64,000 nt of DNA from Alphaproteobacteria bacterium (GCA_965228895.1 OZ245842.1:3392001-3456000), one strand, 5' to 3'. Numbered from the stretch's first letter, positions 38,031 to 47,866 are shown. The notes: generated by a model not told the origin, from the letters alone. Program-made: numbers and translations.

Positions 38031-38378
38031 TTATCCGGGCACGGCCGGAACGGTCCGCCTTAAGTCGGGCTCGTCATGAATGAAGGTGATGTTGAGCGAA
38101 ACCGTGATCTCCGCTTCCCCATCATCGTCGGGCGCTATCGAATGGGCGGGTTCGGGGCTGGCATCGTCGAGCCTGACACCGGCCTCACCTAGACGCTGCC
38201 TAAAGTCGTCGAGCTTACCCATCGGCAGCGACAGCCGAAGGGTGATCGCAATGTTCGAGAACAACGTGTGATCGACGACCCAACCCTCGAACCCCAGGAT
38301 CACCCTATCGACGGCCGCGGTAACCTCATGGCGGTCGGCGCTGGTGACACCGTTCATGGCGAGGGATCGTCGCTTCAT
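38031..38378 (-). CDS. Conserved hypothetical protein (ACT-like)
   Basis: GWVVDHTLFSN; LNITFIHDEPDLRRTVPAVPG C-terminus. Confidence 0.7.
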   Translation of the reverse strand: MKRRSLAMNGVTSADRHEVTAAVDRVILGFEGWVVDHTLFSNIAITLRLSLPMGKLDDFRQRLGEAGVRLDDASPEPAHSIAPDDDGEAEITVSLNITFIHDEPDLRRTVPAVPG

Positions 38379-38584
38379 GGGCCGACCTTGTGACGCCAAC
38401 GACCGGCCCCGTCCAGGCACTGCTGCTTTTTTGTGACGGCAAGACAACAAAAGCCTGTCGCAGCATCCAATTTTGAGCCCGCTTCGAATATGATCCATGA
38501 CACGGGCCAAGGTGCCGCGCGCGGGCGTGCGCGTGGCCCACGACCGGGCAACAGCCGGGAGCCCGCCATAACAAGGGGGAAGGC

Positions 38585-39475
38585 ATGACAAACGACGGCA
38601 ATGCAACGGCGAAGGTAACGATGCTCGGTCTGGGCAGAATGGGCGCGGCGCTCGCCAAGGCGTTTCACGAGGCCGGTCACGACACCCACGGCTGGTCGCG
38701 CAGCGACGCTACGCGCCAGGCCGCTTCCGGGTTCTGCGCCACCCACGACACCATCACTGATGCGGTCGCCGCCGCCGATCTGATCGTCGTCTGCCTGCCC
38801 GACTACGATACCAGCCTGGCCGCCTATGCCGGCGTGCCCGACGGCGCCTGGGCCGGCAAGACCATGGTGCAGCTCTCGTCCTGCGCGCCGGAGGAAGCCC
38901 TGACCATGCAGGCCTGGGCCAACGAGCGCGGCATCGCCTATATCGATGGCGCCATCGCGACATTCCCCAGCCGCATCGGCGCGCCCGCGACAGCGATCTT
39001 CATGTCCGGCGACCGCGCGGCCCACGACAAGGCCAAGCCGGTCCTCGATGCGCTGGGCGGACGCAACGTCTTCGTCTCCGACAAGGTGACCGGCGCGGCC
39101 GCCATGGACCTCGGGTGGCTCAGCCTGCTTTACGGCGTCTCGTCCGGCTTGCTCCAGGGTGCTGCGTTCTGCAGCAGCCTGGGCATCGACCCCAAGGCGT
39201 TCTTCGCCGCGATGCCGTCCTTTGATCCGGAAATCAAACACGCGGCCAAGGAATACGACGAGATGATCGCCAAGGATTGCTACGAAGGCGATCAGGCGAC
39301 GCTCGAAGTCCACGTCGCCGCCATGCAGCATCTTCTCGGTTGCGCCGAGCAGAACGGCCTGGATACCCGCTTCACCAAGATGCTGACCTCGCTTTATGGC
39401 GATGCCGTCGAGAACGGCCTCGGCGACAAGGAGTTTGCCGCCTCGATCAAAGTCTTCCGCGGCGAAACCAAGTAA
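38585..39475 (+). CDS. NAD(P)-dependent oxidoreductase (imine reductase / beta-hydroxyacid dehydrogenase family)
   Basis: GLGRMG, WSRS, VQLSS, YIDGAI..P..IG. Confidence 0.88.
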   Translation: MTNDGNATAKVTMLGLGRMGAALAKAFHEAGHDTHGWSRSDATRQAASGFCATHDTITDAVAAADLIVVCLPDYDTSLAAYAGVPDGAWAGKTMVQLSSCAPEEALTMQAWANERGIAYIDGAIATFPSRIGAPATAIFMSGDRAAHDKAKPVLDALGGRNVFVSDKVTGAAAMDLGWLSLLYGVSSGLLQGAAFCSSLGIDPKAFFAAMPSFDPEIKHAAKEYDEMIAKDCYEGDQATLEVHVAAMQHLLGCAEQNGLDTRFTKMLTSLYGDAVENGLGDKEFAASIKVFRGETK

Positions 39476-39488
39476 GCGGGGCATCGAG

Positions 39489-41135
39489 ATGGCGAGCGCA
39501 CGCGAGTACGACTATGTGATCATGGGCGGCGGTAGTGCGGGATGCACACTGGCCGCCCGGCTTTCCGAAGACCCTGAGGTCACAGTGTTGTTGTTGGAGG
39601 CCGGACCGCCGCGTGGCGTGCCGTTCGACAATTGGCGCGTCGACATGCCGGCAGCCTTCGGCGGCCTGTGGAGCAGCCCCCGCTACAACTGGAGTTTCGA
39701 CGGCGAGCCCGAGCCAACGATGCATAACCGCAGCATCTTCCAGCCGCGCGGGCGTATCCTGGGCGGCTCGTCCTCGATCAACGGCATGTGTTTCATCCGC
39801 GGCCACGCGCTCGACTTCGAACGCTGGGTGTCCGAAGGCGCGAACGGCTGGTCGTGGCGCGAGGTCCTGCCCTATTTCAAACGACTGGAAACCTGGCAGG
39901 ACGGCGAAAACGCCTATCGCGGCGGCTCCGGCCCCGTGCACGTCCGCAAGGGTGACTACCCCTCGCCGCTCTATGAAGCGTTCCTGCAATCCGGTGAACA
40001 AGCGGGCTACCAACGCACCGACGATATCAACGGCGAACACCAGGAAGGCGTCGGTGCGTTTCAGATGAACGTCCACAACGGCGTGCGCGCCTCGACGGCG
40101 GAAGCGTACATCAAGCCGAATGCGGGACGCGCCAACCTCACGGTCGAGACCGGCGCCATGGTGACGCGCGTCGCGATCGAGGGCAACCGCGCCGCCGGCA
40201 TCGTCTGCCGCAAGAGTAACGGCGAGGCCGAAACCGTGCGCGCCGCCCACGAACTAATTCTTTGCGGCGGCGCCATCGGTTCGCCCCACATGCTGATGCT
40301 GTCGGGCATCGGCCCGGCGGACGAGCTCAAACAGCACGGCATCGACGTCGCGGTCGACCTGCCCGGCGTCGGCCAGAACCTGCAGGACCATCCGCTGGTC
40401 TACATGAAATGGCGCACCGACAAGCCGGTCTCCATGAGCCGCTACACGCGCAAGGATCTGATGCTCTATACCGGCGCGCGCTGGCTCGCGAGCCATACCG
40501 GACCCGGCGCGTCGAACAACGTGGAGACCTGCGCCTGGCTGCGCAGCGATCCCACGGTCCAGCACCCGGACATGCTGATCCAGTTCCTCGCCGTCCTGAT
40601 CAACCATGAAGGGGACGTCATACCCGGCGAGCACGGCTTTACCTATTGCATCGGCCCGACTCGCGTGAAGGGGACGGGCTGGGTCAAGCTGCGTTCCGAC
40701 AATCCGGACGACAAACCGCGCATCCTCTCCAACTTCCTCGCCACCGATTACGACCTCGACCTGATGCGCCGTTCCCTGGAGATCGGCCGCGAGATCGCCG
40801 CTCAACCGGCACACCAGGCGCACGGTGTCACCGAGGTCGACCCCGGCCCCGCGATCAGCAGCCGCGAGGAGATCGACGATTACCTGCGCGACAATGTCGC
40901 CGGCGACTTCCATCTGGCCTGCACCTGCAAGATGGGCGGTGACGCGATGGCCGTCGTCGATCCGACGCTGAAGGTGCATGGCATCGAGGGGTTGCGTGTG
41001 GTCGACGCCTCGGTCATGCCCAGCATCGTCAACGCCAACACCAACGCGACGACCATCATGATCGCCGAAAAAGCCGCCGACATGATCCTGGGGCGCACAC
41101 CGCCCGCTCCTGCCGAAGTGGCGCTACCGGCCTAG
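39489..41135 (+). CDS. GMC oxidoreductase (choline dehydrogenase-like)
   Basis: GGGSAG, PRGRILGGSSSINGM, GVGQNLQDH, HLACTCKMG, NANTNA. Confidence 0.94.
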   Translation: MASAREYDYVIMGGGSAGCTLAARLSEDPEVTVLLLEAGPPRGVPFDNWRVDMPAAFGGLWSSPRYNWSFDGEPEPTMHNRSIFQPRGRILGGSSSINGMCFIRGHALDFERWVSEGANGWSWREVLPYFKRLETWQDGENAYRGGSGPVHVRKGDYPSPLYEAFLQSGEQAGYQRTDDINGEHQEGVGAFQMNVHNGVRASTAEAYIKPNAGRANLTVETGAMVTRVAIEGNRAAGIVCRKSNGEAETVRAAHELILCGGAIGSPHMLMLSGIGPADELKQHGIDVAVDLPGVGQNLQDHPLVYMKWRTDKPVSMSRYTRKDLMLYTGARWLASHTGPGASNNVETCAWLRSDPTVQHPDMLIQFLAVLINHEGDVIPGEHGFTYCIGPTRVKGTGWVKLRSDNPDDKPRILSNFLATDYDLDLMRRSLEIGREIAAQPAHQAHGVTEVDPGPAISSREEIDDYLRDNVAGDFHLACTCKMGGDAMAVVDPTLKVHGIEGLRVVDASVMPSIVNANTNATTIMIAEKAADMILGRTPPAPAEVALPA

Positions 41136-41264
41136 CACAGCAACCGTCCGCTTTGTTTCAAGGCGGTAACCGTTAACACCGTTACCCTTGAAAGTGGCCG
41201 TGCTCAACCCAGGTCATCATACTGGCGTTGCGAGGATATCGAGGTGGGCGCAAGGCGGCTCAAC

Positions 41265-42170
41265 GTGTCCCATTCGAAGGGCAAAGAAACCGGCAATTCG
41301 GCCGCGCGTTTTGTCGCGGCCGCATCCTATCCCGCGATCATGGTGCTTGGTTTCGTGCTTTATGGCGTCGCGACCGGCCTCGGTGTTTCCGTGACGCTTG
41401 CCTCCTATGGTGCGGTTCTCGTGTGCGCCATTCTGATTACCCTGCACGAAGTCACGCTGCCGTATCGCCAGGACTGGAAACCGGAGCGCGGCGAGCTCGG
41501 CACCGATGCCGTCTTCATGGTGCTGGTCCAAATCGCCCTGCCCTTGCTGCTGGCGATCACCGTGGTCGTCGCGCTCGCAGACTACCTGGATCAGAACGGC
41601 TTTTACGTGCACGGCATCTGGCCCCATGACTGGCCGGTCGTCCTGCAGGTCATCGTGATGCTGCTGGTCGCTGACTTCTTCCGCTACTGGCTGCACCGCG
41701 CATTCCATAAGTTCATCCCGATGTGGCGCTTTCACGCGGTCCATCATTCGCCGCACCGACTCTACTGGGTCAATGTCGGGCGCTTTCATCCGATCGAGAA
41801 GGCGATTCAGTACGCCGTCGATGCGCTCCCCTTCGCGCTGCTGGGCGTGTCGCCTGAGGTGCTTGCCGCCTACTTCGTGTTCTTTGCGATCAACGGCATC
41901 TTTCAGCATTCCAACTGCCGCGTGCGTCTGGGTCCCCTCAACTACATCGTCGCGGGGCCGGAACTGCATCGCTGGCATCACTCGGTGCTGCAGAAGGAAT
42001 CCGACAACAACTTCGGCAACAACCTGATCGTCTGGGACCTCTTGTTCGGCACCCGCTTTCTGCCGCGCGAACGCGAAGTCGGCCCGCTCGGCCTGACCAA
42101 TCGGAACTACCCAACCGGCTTTGCCGCCCAGATGACGACACCGTTTCGCCGAGGCGTCGAGAACGGCTAA
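41265..42170 (+). CDS. Sterol desaturase / fatty acid hydroxylase family protein
   Basis: His boxes HRAFH, HAVHH, QHSN, HRWHH; NFG...WDLLFGT. Confidence 0.9.
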   Translation: MSHSKGKETGNSAARFVAAASYPAIMVLGFVLYGVATGLGVSVTLASYGAVLVCAILITLHEVTLPYRQDWKPERGELGTDAVFMVLVQIALPLLLAITVVVALADYLDQNGFYVHGIWPHDWPVVLQVIVMLLVADFFRYWLHRAFHKFIPMWRFHAVHHSPHRLYWVNVGRFHPIEKAIQYAVDALPFALLGVSPEVLAAYFVFFAINGIFQHSNCRVRLGPLNYIVAGPELHRWHHSVLQKESDNNFGNNLIVWDLLFGTRFLPREREVGPLGLTNRNYPTGFAAQMTTPFRRGVENG

Positions 42171-42172
42171 GA

Positions 42173-43840
42173 TTGGCCGTGCTTCCACTCCCCCATTCCC
42201 TGACTCATGCCGCCTTGAAGGCGGCGCTGGCGGCGACCCAGCGGCGTAACCACCGCAACCTGCTGAACGCTTCGGTATCGCCGCGTGACGCCCAGTGGTC
42301 GGCACTCAGCCGGATCCTGGCGGCCAATGCCGAGACGTCGTTCGGCCGGCAGCATGACTTCGTCAAGATTAGCGGTATCGACGCCTACCGCAGCGCCGTG
42401 CCCGTACAAAGTTACGAGGACCTCAGGCCCCTCATCGCCCGCCAGGAACTGACCGGCGAACGCTGCTTGACCCAGGCCCAGCCCGTCTTCTATCACCGCA
42501 CCAGCGGCACCACCGGCGTGCCAAAGGACATTCCGATCACCCAGCCCGGGCTGGATCAGATCAAACAGCACCAGAAGATCTTCGCCTATGCGGTCTCGCG
42601 CGGGTCAAACGCGCTTCGCGGCAAGATGTTCACCGTCAGCGGCCAGGCCGTCGAAGGCACCATGCCCGGCGGAACACCCTATGGCTCCGCATCGGGCCTG
42701 CTCTATCAAAGCCAGTCCGGTCTGGTGCGCTCACGCTATGTCCTGCCGCCGGCCTGTTCAGACATTCCGGACTACAGCGCCCGCTATCTCGCCATGGCGA
42801 CCTTCGGTGTCGCCGATCCCGCGGTCACCGGCACCGCGACCGCGAACCCGTCAACCCTGGTCAGGCTGCTCGGTGTCATCAACGAGCAGCCGGATACGAT
42901 CCTCCGCGCCATCGCCGACGGCCGCCTGCCGGATGCGGTGAGAGACCACATGAAGGCTCAAGCTGGTTTGACGCCCAACCGTGCTCGCGCAAGCGAACTG
43001 ACGCAAAAGCTGAATGCATCGGGCAAACTGACCTATACCGATATCTGGCCCGACCTCGACGCCATCATGTCCTGGACGGGCGGCAGTTGCGGCGTGTCGC
43101 TTCGCAGCCTCGCGCCATCAATGCCAACAGGTTTCAAAACGATCGAACTCGGTTATGTCGCCAGTGAAGTGCAGGGCACCATCAACATCGACACCACGCG
43201 CAATCTCTGCCTGCCGACGCTGGTCGATACGTTCTTCGAGTTTGCCGAGCGCGACGCCTGGGAGGATGGCGCGGCTGATTTTCTTTCGCTGCACGAGTTG
43301 GACGAAGGCAAAGAGTACCACGTGTTCGTGACGACGACGGACGGGCTCTATCGCTACGCCATGCACGACATCGTGCGCGTAACCGGTAAGCTCAACCAGA
43401 CGCCGGTCCTGGACTTCGTGCAGAAGGGCAAGGGCGTCACCAGCATCACCGGCGAAAAACTCTATGAGGCCCAGGTGCTGGACGCGGTCACGACGGCGCT
43501 CGCCGATCGGGGCATAGAGGCGGACTTCTTCATCATGCTCGCCGATCAGGAAAAGGCCGGCTACGCGCTCTATGTCGAGGGCGCGCCTGTCAGCACCGAT
43601 CCGGACCTGGCGGCGGATATCGAAGCACGCCTTCGCGCCCTCAATATCGAGTATGACGCCAAGCGAGCCAGCGAGCGACTGCACCCGCTGCAGCTAAGCT
43701 GGCTGCGTGACGGCGCCGGCGCGGCCTACCGGGCCGACCGCGTCGCCGGCGGACAACGCGACGCGCAGTTCAAGTATCTGCATTTGCAGTTCGCCCACGA
43801 CTGCGGGTTCGATTTCAGCGCTCATGCAGCTGCCGTCTGA
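42173..43840 (+). CDS. GH3-family acyl-adenylate amide synthetase
   Basis: VPVQSYEDL, TSGTTGVPKDIP, YVASE, FFEF, TTTDGLYRY, ITGEKL. Confidence 0.9.
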   Translation: MAVLPLPHSLTHAALKAALAATQRRNHRNLLNASVSPRDAQWSALSRILAANAETSFGRQHDFVKISGIDAYRSAVPVQSYEDLRPLIARQELTGERCLTQAQPVFYHRTSGTTGVPKDIPITQPGLDQIKQHQKIFAYAVSRGSNALRGKMFTVSGQAVEGTMPGGTPYGSASGLLYQSQSGLVRSRYVLPPACSDIPDYSARYLAMATFGVADPAVTGTATANPSTLVRLLGVINEQPDTILRAIADGRLPDAVRDHMKAQAGLTPNRARASELTQKLNASGKLTYTDIWPDLDAIMSWTGGSCGVSLRSLAPSMPTGFKTIELGYVASEVQGTINIDTTRNLCLPTLVDTFFEFAERDAWEDGAADFLSLHELDEGKEYHVFVTTTDGLYRYAMHDIVRVTGKLNQTPVLDFVQKGKGVTSITGEKLYEAQVLDAVTTALADRGIEADFFIMLADQEKAGYALYVEGAPVSTDPDLAADIEARLRALNIEYDAKRASERLHPLQLSWLRDGAGAAYRADRVAGGQRDAQFKYLHLQFAHDCGFDFSAHAAAV

Positions 43841-43845
43841 CACCG

Positions 43846-44967
43846 ATGCGCATCGAACGTCTGGACGTCTTCAGCTTTCCCGTTCCGTTCAAGGTCGTCT
43901 TTCGCCACGCGTCGGCGAGCCGCGCCCATGCCCAGAACATTATCGTCACGGCGACATCCGAATGTGGCGAGGTCGGCTATGGCGAAGGCTGCCCGCGCGA
44001 CTACGTCACCGGCGAAACGGTCGCCGGCGGCATCGCCTTCATCCGCACCACCGCCGAGGCGCTCAAAGACGGGGTACACGACGAACAAGACCTAAAGACC
44101 TGGATCGATACCCATCAGAACATGATCGACGACAACCCCGCCGCCTTCTGCGCGGTCGAAATCGCAATCCTGGATCTGATCGGCAAGGTCAAAGGGCAGC
44201 CGATCGAAGAGATCGTTGGTCTCCCCAGACTCAGCGGCAGCTTCTCCTATTCGGCGATCCTGGGCGACGCACCCTATCTGGCCAATCGCTGGCAGCTCTT
44301 CCGCTACTGGTCGAACGGTTTCCGCGATTTCAAGATCAAGGCGTCCGGCGACCTCATGCGCGATCAACGAAAGCTCCGCGCTTTCAAACGGAAAACCGAC
44401 CCCGCGCTGCGCCTTCGCCTCGACGCCAACAATCTCTGGGCGTCCGCCGAGACCTGCATCGGCCATGTCGAAGCGCTCGACCACGACATCTTCGCCATCG
44501 AGGAACCGCTTCAGCAGGGCGATCTCGACGGCTTCAAAAATGTCGGCGAGAACTGCCGCACCAAGATTGTTCTCGACGAAAGCCTCGCCCGCCCCGATCA
44601 GCTGGCCACACTCGACGACGGCCCGTGGCTCATCAACCTCAGGGTCTCGAAGATGGGCGGCATCATCCGGTCGTTGGACGTCGCCGAGAAAGCGGCAGCA
44701 CGAGGGATCGGCATCATCGTCGGCGCGCAGGTTGGCGAAACCAGCATCCTGACCCGCGCCGCCTTAACGGTCATGAACGCGCACCGCGCCAATCTCGTCA
44801 CCAGCGAAGGCGCCTTCGGCACCCATCTGCTCAAGCGCGACCTCACCACGCCAAGCCTGATGTTCGGATCCGGCGGCGTGCTCGACACCAGTCAAACAAT
44901 GGACCCGAGCGCTGCAGGACTTGGACTAACGATTCACGAAACCGAACTCGTCATCGCGTCGTCGTGA
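43846..44967 (+). CDS. Enolase-superfamily enzyme (MLE / dipeptide epimerase-like)
   Basis: GYGEGCPR, FKIK, metal ligands LDAN / IEEP / LDES, NLRVSKMGG. Confidence 0.88.
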   Translation: MRIERLDVFSFPVPFKVVFRHASASRAHAQNIIVTATSECGEVGYGEGCPRDYVTGETVAGGIAFIRTTAEALKDGVHDEQDLKTWIDTHQNMIDDNPAAFCAVEIAILDLIGKVKGQPIEEIVGLPRLSGSFSYSAILGDAPYLANRWQLFRYWSNGFRDFKIKASGDLMRDQRKLRAFKRKTDPALRLRLDANNLWASAETCIGHVEALDHDIFAIEEPLQQGDLDGFKNVGENCRTKIVLDESLARPDQLATLDDGPWLINLRVSKMGGIIRSLDVAEKAAARGIGIIVGAQVGETSILTRAALTVMNAHRANLVTSEGAFGTHLLKRDLTTPSLMFGSGGVLDTSQTMDPSAAGLGLTIHETELVIASS

Positions 44968-45449
44968 GTGCGTCCATGCGCGGATGGCTGTGCGAACGCT
45001 TGATCGGGACCGGGAAAGCGATCCAGATAGGCGTAGGCACGCGGCATGGCGTCATGCAGAAACTGCTTGGGTTCACGCAGCCATAGTCCTTCATAGGTTT
45101 TCGACGTGGCTTCCGAAACCAACACGTCTTGCGGCAACGCGATCAACGTCGCATCCCATCCCGGCCAAAAGTGGCGCGCACGTTTAAACGTGTGTTTGAG
45201 AAAACGTTCGCGGTCGGCATAGCCGTGATAGTCGAAGACCCAGCTATCGGTTGCGACAAAGATATGGTTGCCGGTGAACCCCTCATCCGGTTTCAGCCAC
45301 AGCGCCTGCCGGCCGCCTGCGCCGTAGCGCTCCAGAAACGCAAAGGCCAGGATGTGGCAGGCGCCGCAGGCGAAGAACACGCGCTCGGGCAAGGTCCACC
45401 GCATGACCGGGTCGTGTTTCGAGTAATTCTTGGTGCGCGGTACGTACAC
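44934..45449 (-). CDS. Conserved hypothetical protein (Cys-His-Asp, possible papain-like)
   Basis: FFACGACHILA, GNHIFV, VFDYHG. Confidence 0.7.
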   Translation of the reverse strand: MYVPRTKNYSKHDPVMRWTLPERVFFACGACHILAFAFLERYGAGGRQALWLKPDEGFTGNHIFVATDSWVFDYHGYADRERFLKHTFKRARHFWPGWDATLIALPQDVLVSEATSKTYEGLWLREPKQFLHDAMPRAYAYLDRFPGPDQAFAQPSAHGRTHDDAMTSSVS

Positions 45450-45450
45450 A

Positions 45451-45586
45451 AGAGCGGATCGTGTTTAGGTGGAACCATTCACTGGTTCCACCTAAACACG
45501 TGAATCCGCTCTCCATCAATAGGTAGAGCACCTTCACCCCCTATGATGGAATCGCCCCGCGATGCCATCAAAGGAAGATCTGCTCT
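45451..45586. repeat. 136-bp RIME/MITE-like double-palindrome element, copy 2
   Basis: Hairpins 45451-45512 and 45525-45586; 50/62 and 45/62 identical to the copy 1 halves by manual alignment. Confidence 0.85.
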
Positions 45587-47258
45587 AGGCCGCGTGCTGC
45601 AGGCGACAGTAGCACGACGCCTTGATTGGCACGTCGGCGCGGGCGCTGGCCAAATCAAGGCGCTGTTTGATCATCGCGGCCTCTGCCGTTTCGCCCCGGC
45701 GCACCAAGCATTCATGGATACCATGCAGGCTCCACACGTTGTCGGGATGCTGGCTGGCGCGGCTCAAGGAATTGTCCAGGCCCAGGTCCGCGCGGTAGAC
45801 GGCCTCCGCTTCTTCAACGCGACCCTGCTCCAGCATCAACGCGCCCAGTGCGTGGCGCGGCGGCTGCATCCAGCCCCACGGCTCGTCATAGGGTAGCGCG
45901 TCGTCGCGCGCGACAGCCTCGCGCAAATGCTCGAACGCGATATCGTAGTTCTCGCGCCGGTACTCCAGCTCGCCTTCCAGCATCGCCTCGGCGACACCCA
46001 GGATGTCGCGGCAGGTGTTGTTGTGCACCCAACGGTTTTCGGGGACGCGTTTGTAGGCGGCCTGGAACAGTTCCCGCTCGGCCTCGGCGCCGGCGATATC
46101 TTCCGACGCCGCGTGCGCCACCGTTTTGGCATAATGGATCATCGCCGTTGTCGAACAGTAGAGTTCCTGATCGGCTGGCAGCTCCTGGGCAATGATCTCC
46201 TGCCACTTGCCGAAGCGCACGAGCGCGTGCTGCTTCATCGGGATATAGCCTTCCAGGAAGTCGCCCATGGGCGGCGACTCCATGCGCAACAGCTCCTCCG
46301 GCGTCGTCGCGATCAACTCCTCGGCCGCCTCGATCGCCGGTTGGTACTGGCCCAGGAACATCGCGCCATAGATCTTGAAGTGATAATCGTGAATCCGGTA
46401 ACCGGAATAGAAGTTCATGAAACCCCGGTGTTCGAGGTACTTGCGATCGGCCACGATCGCCTTCGAGTTGCCGTCGACCACCGCGTGGTAGTGGCCGCAC
46501 AACACGTCGATATGCGTCGGCATGTGATCGAGATGGCCGGCATCGGGCACCAGGCCGCGCAGGTTGTCGCCTGCTTTCAAGGCGCGCTCGGGAAACGGCG
46601 ACATCTCCATCAGATGTACATAAAGGTGCAGCAGGCCAGGATGCTGGTTGGCACCCAAGTGATCGAGTTCTTGGAATGCCTTCTCCATGACCTCCATCGC
46701 CTCTTCGGTACCGGCGTTCTCGGCGATGGCGCCGGTCGGCAGATCCCATAGCCGCCACGGCGTGCGGTTCAAAATAGCCTCGACAAAGACCGTGCAGACT
46801 TCGAGATCGTCAGGGAAGGCGCGAAACACCGTACGCATGGCGTCCGCGAAGGCGTCGTTCCACGGCTGGTAGTCATCGACCGGTTCGCGTGATTGATAAC
46901 GCGCCGGCAACGCCTCGATCAGCGCCTGCTCAACCAGCGAGACCTTGGGCGACAACGCCTGGGCGGCTTCGATAGAGTCGGCGGCGCGCTTGAGCGAATT
47001 CTGCAGGTCCGCGGGATCGAACTTGTCCCACTCCTTGTTGTAGTTCGGGCCGACCGCATAGGCGATGCCCCAGTGCGCCATGGCGCACTGGGGGTCGTGT
47101 TCCAGGGCGGTTTCAAAACACACGATCGCTTCTTCGTGGTTGTAGCCATAGGTCCAGATCAGACCGCGATCAAACCAAAGCTGCGCGTCGGCCGAGCTCG
47201 TCGTGATCGGCCGCGAATAGGTGCCGAGATCGTAGTAGCCGTCATCCATGTCGCCCAT
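45585..47258 (-). CDS. TPR-containing protein
   Basis: AQLWFDRGL..YGYNHEEA, HPGLLHLYVHLME, HMPTHID, LPYDEPWGWMQPPRHALGA. Confidence 0.88.
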   Translation of the reverse strand: MGDMDDGYYDLGTYSRPITTSSADAQLWFDRGLIWTYGYNHEEAIVCFETALEHDPQCAMAHWGIAYAVGPNYNKEWDKFDPADLQNSLKRAADSIEAAQALSPKVSLVEQALIEALPARYQSREPVDDYQPWNDAFADAMRTVFRAFPDDLEVCTVFVEAILNRTPWRLWDLPTGAIAENAGTEEAMEVMEKAFQELDHLGANQHPGLLHLYVHLMEMSPFPERALKAGDNLRGLVPDAGHLDHMPTHIDVLCGHYHAVVDGNSKAIVADRKYLEHRGFMNFYSGYRIHDYHFKIYGAMFLGQYQPAIEAAEELIATTPEELLRMESPPMGDFLEGYIPMKQHALVRFGKWQEIIAQELPADQELYCSTTAMIHYAKTVAHAASEDIAGAEAERELFQAAYKRVPENRWVHNNTCRDILGVAEAMLEGELEYRRENYDIAFEHLREAVARDDALPYDEPWGWMQPPRHALGALMLEQGRVEEAEAVYRADLGLDNSLSRASQHPDNVWSLHGIHECLVRRGETAEAAMIKQRLDLASARADVPIKASCYCRLQHAA

Positions 47259-47380
47259 GCCCCCATCGCCCCAAAGACAACCATCGTGAAGACGCCAACT
47301 ATCTTGAAGGTCGCGCGGCGCTGCAACCGGAACCTTGTCTCTCGGCTGACGCCGCGTGTGTTCCTGGGATGCGGGCTGGC

Positions 47381-47740
47381 CTAGGCCGCGAGCAGGTTGT
47401 CGATTTCGTCGGCCAGGCGGTTCAGGTGGAAAGGCGGCTCTAAAGCCTCGTCCTCCAGCCTCGGCAACGCGCCTTCCTTTAGGGGCGCAGCGGAGAAACC
47501 GTGGCGGAACAGGATCCTTAGACCTGGAATCGCGGCGCCTGCGCGGCGTGCCAGTTCCGGCCCGCCAATACCCGGCAAATCCGTATCGGCGATCAGGATA
47601 TCGAAGGCGCCAGGCAGAAGATCGCCGAACGCTTCGTGGGCATCGGCCACCGCCATAACGGCGTGGCCCTGGCGTGACAAGGCGCGCACAAGATAACAGC
47701 GCATGACATCGTCATGCGCTGCTAGCAGGATACGCGCCAT
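47381..47740 (-). CDS. cpdR: CpdR-like single-domain response regulator, atypical
   Basis: 119 aa: MARILLA..DD.MR.YL.RAL..., G.ELARRA, GF.A, PFHL..L..EI..LLAA; divergent from N-formylglutamate amidohydrolase. Confidence 0.75.
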   Translation of the reverse strand: MARILLAAHDDVMRCYLVRALSRQGHAVMAVADAHEAFGDLLPGAFDILIADTDLPGIGGPELARRAGAAIPGLRILFRHGFSAAPLKEGALPRLEDEALEPPFHLNRLADEIDNLLAA

Positions 47741-47866
47741 GGCTTGCTCTAAACGCCCGGAGCCCGCCGGCCCCTTGCCGGCGCCGCTGGTCCTGTCGGG
47801 GTCAACTTTATGACCCCTGTTGATCGAACTGGTGACATAACCATGACCATAGTCTAAATCGCTGCC

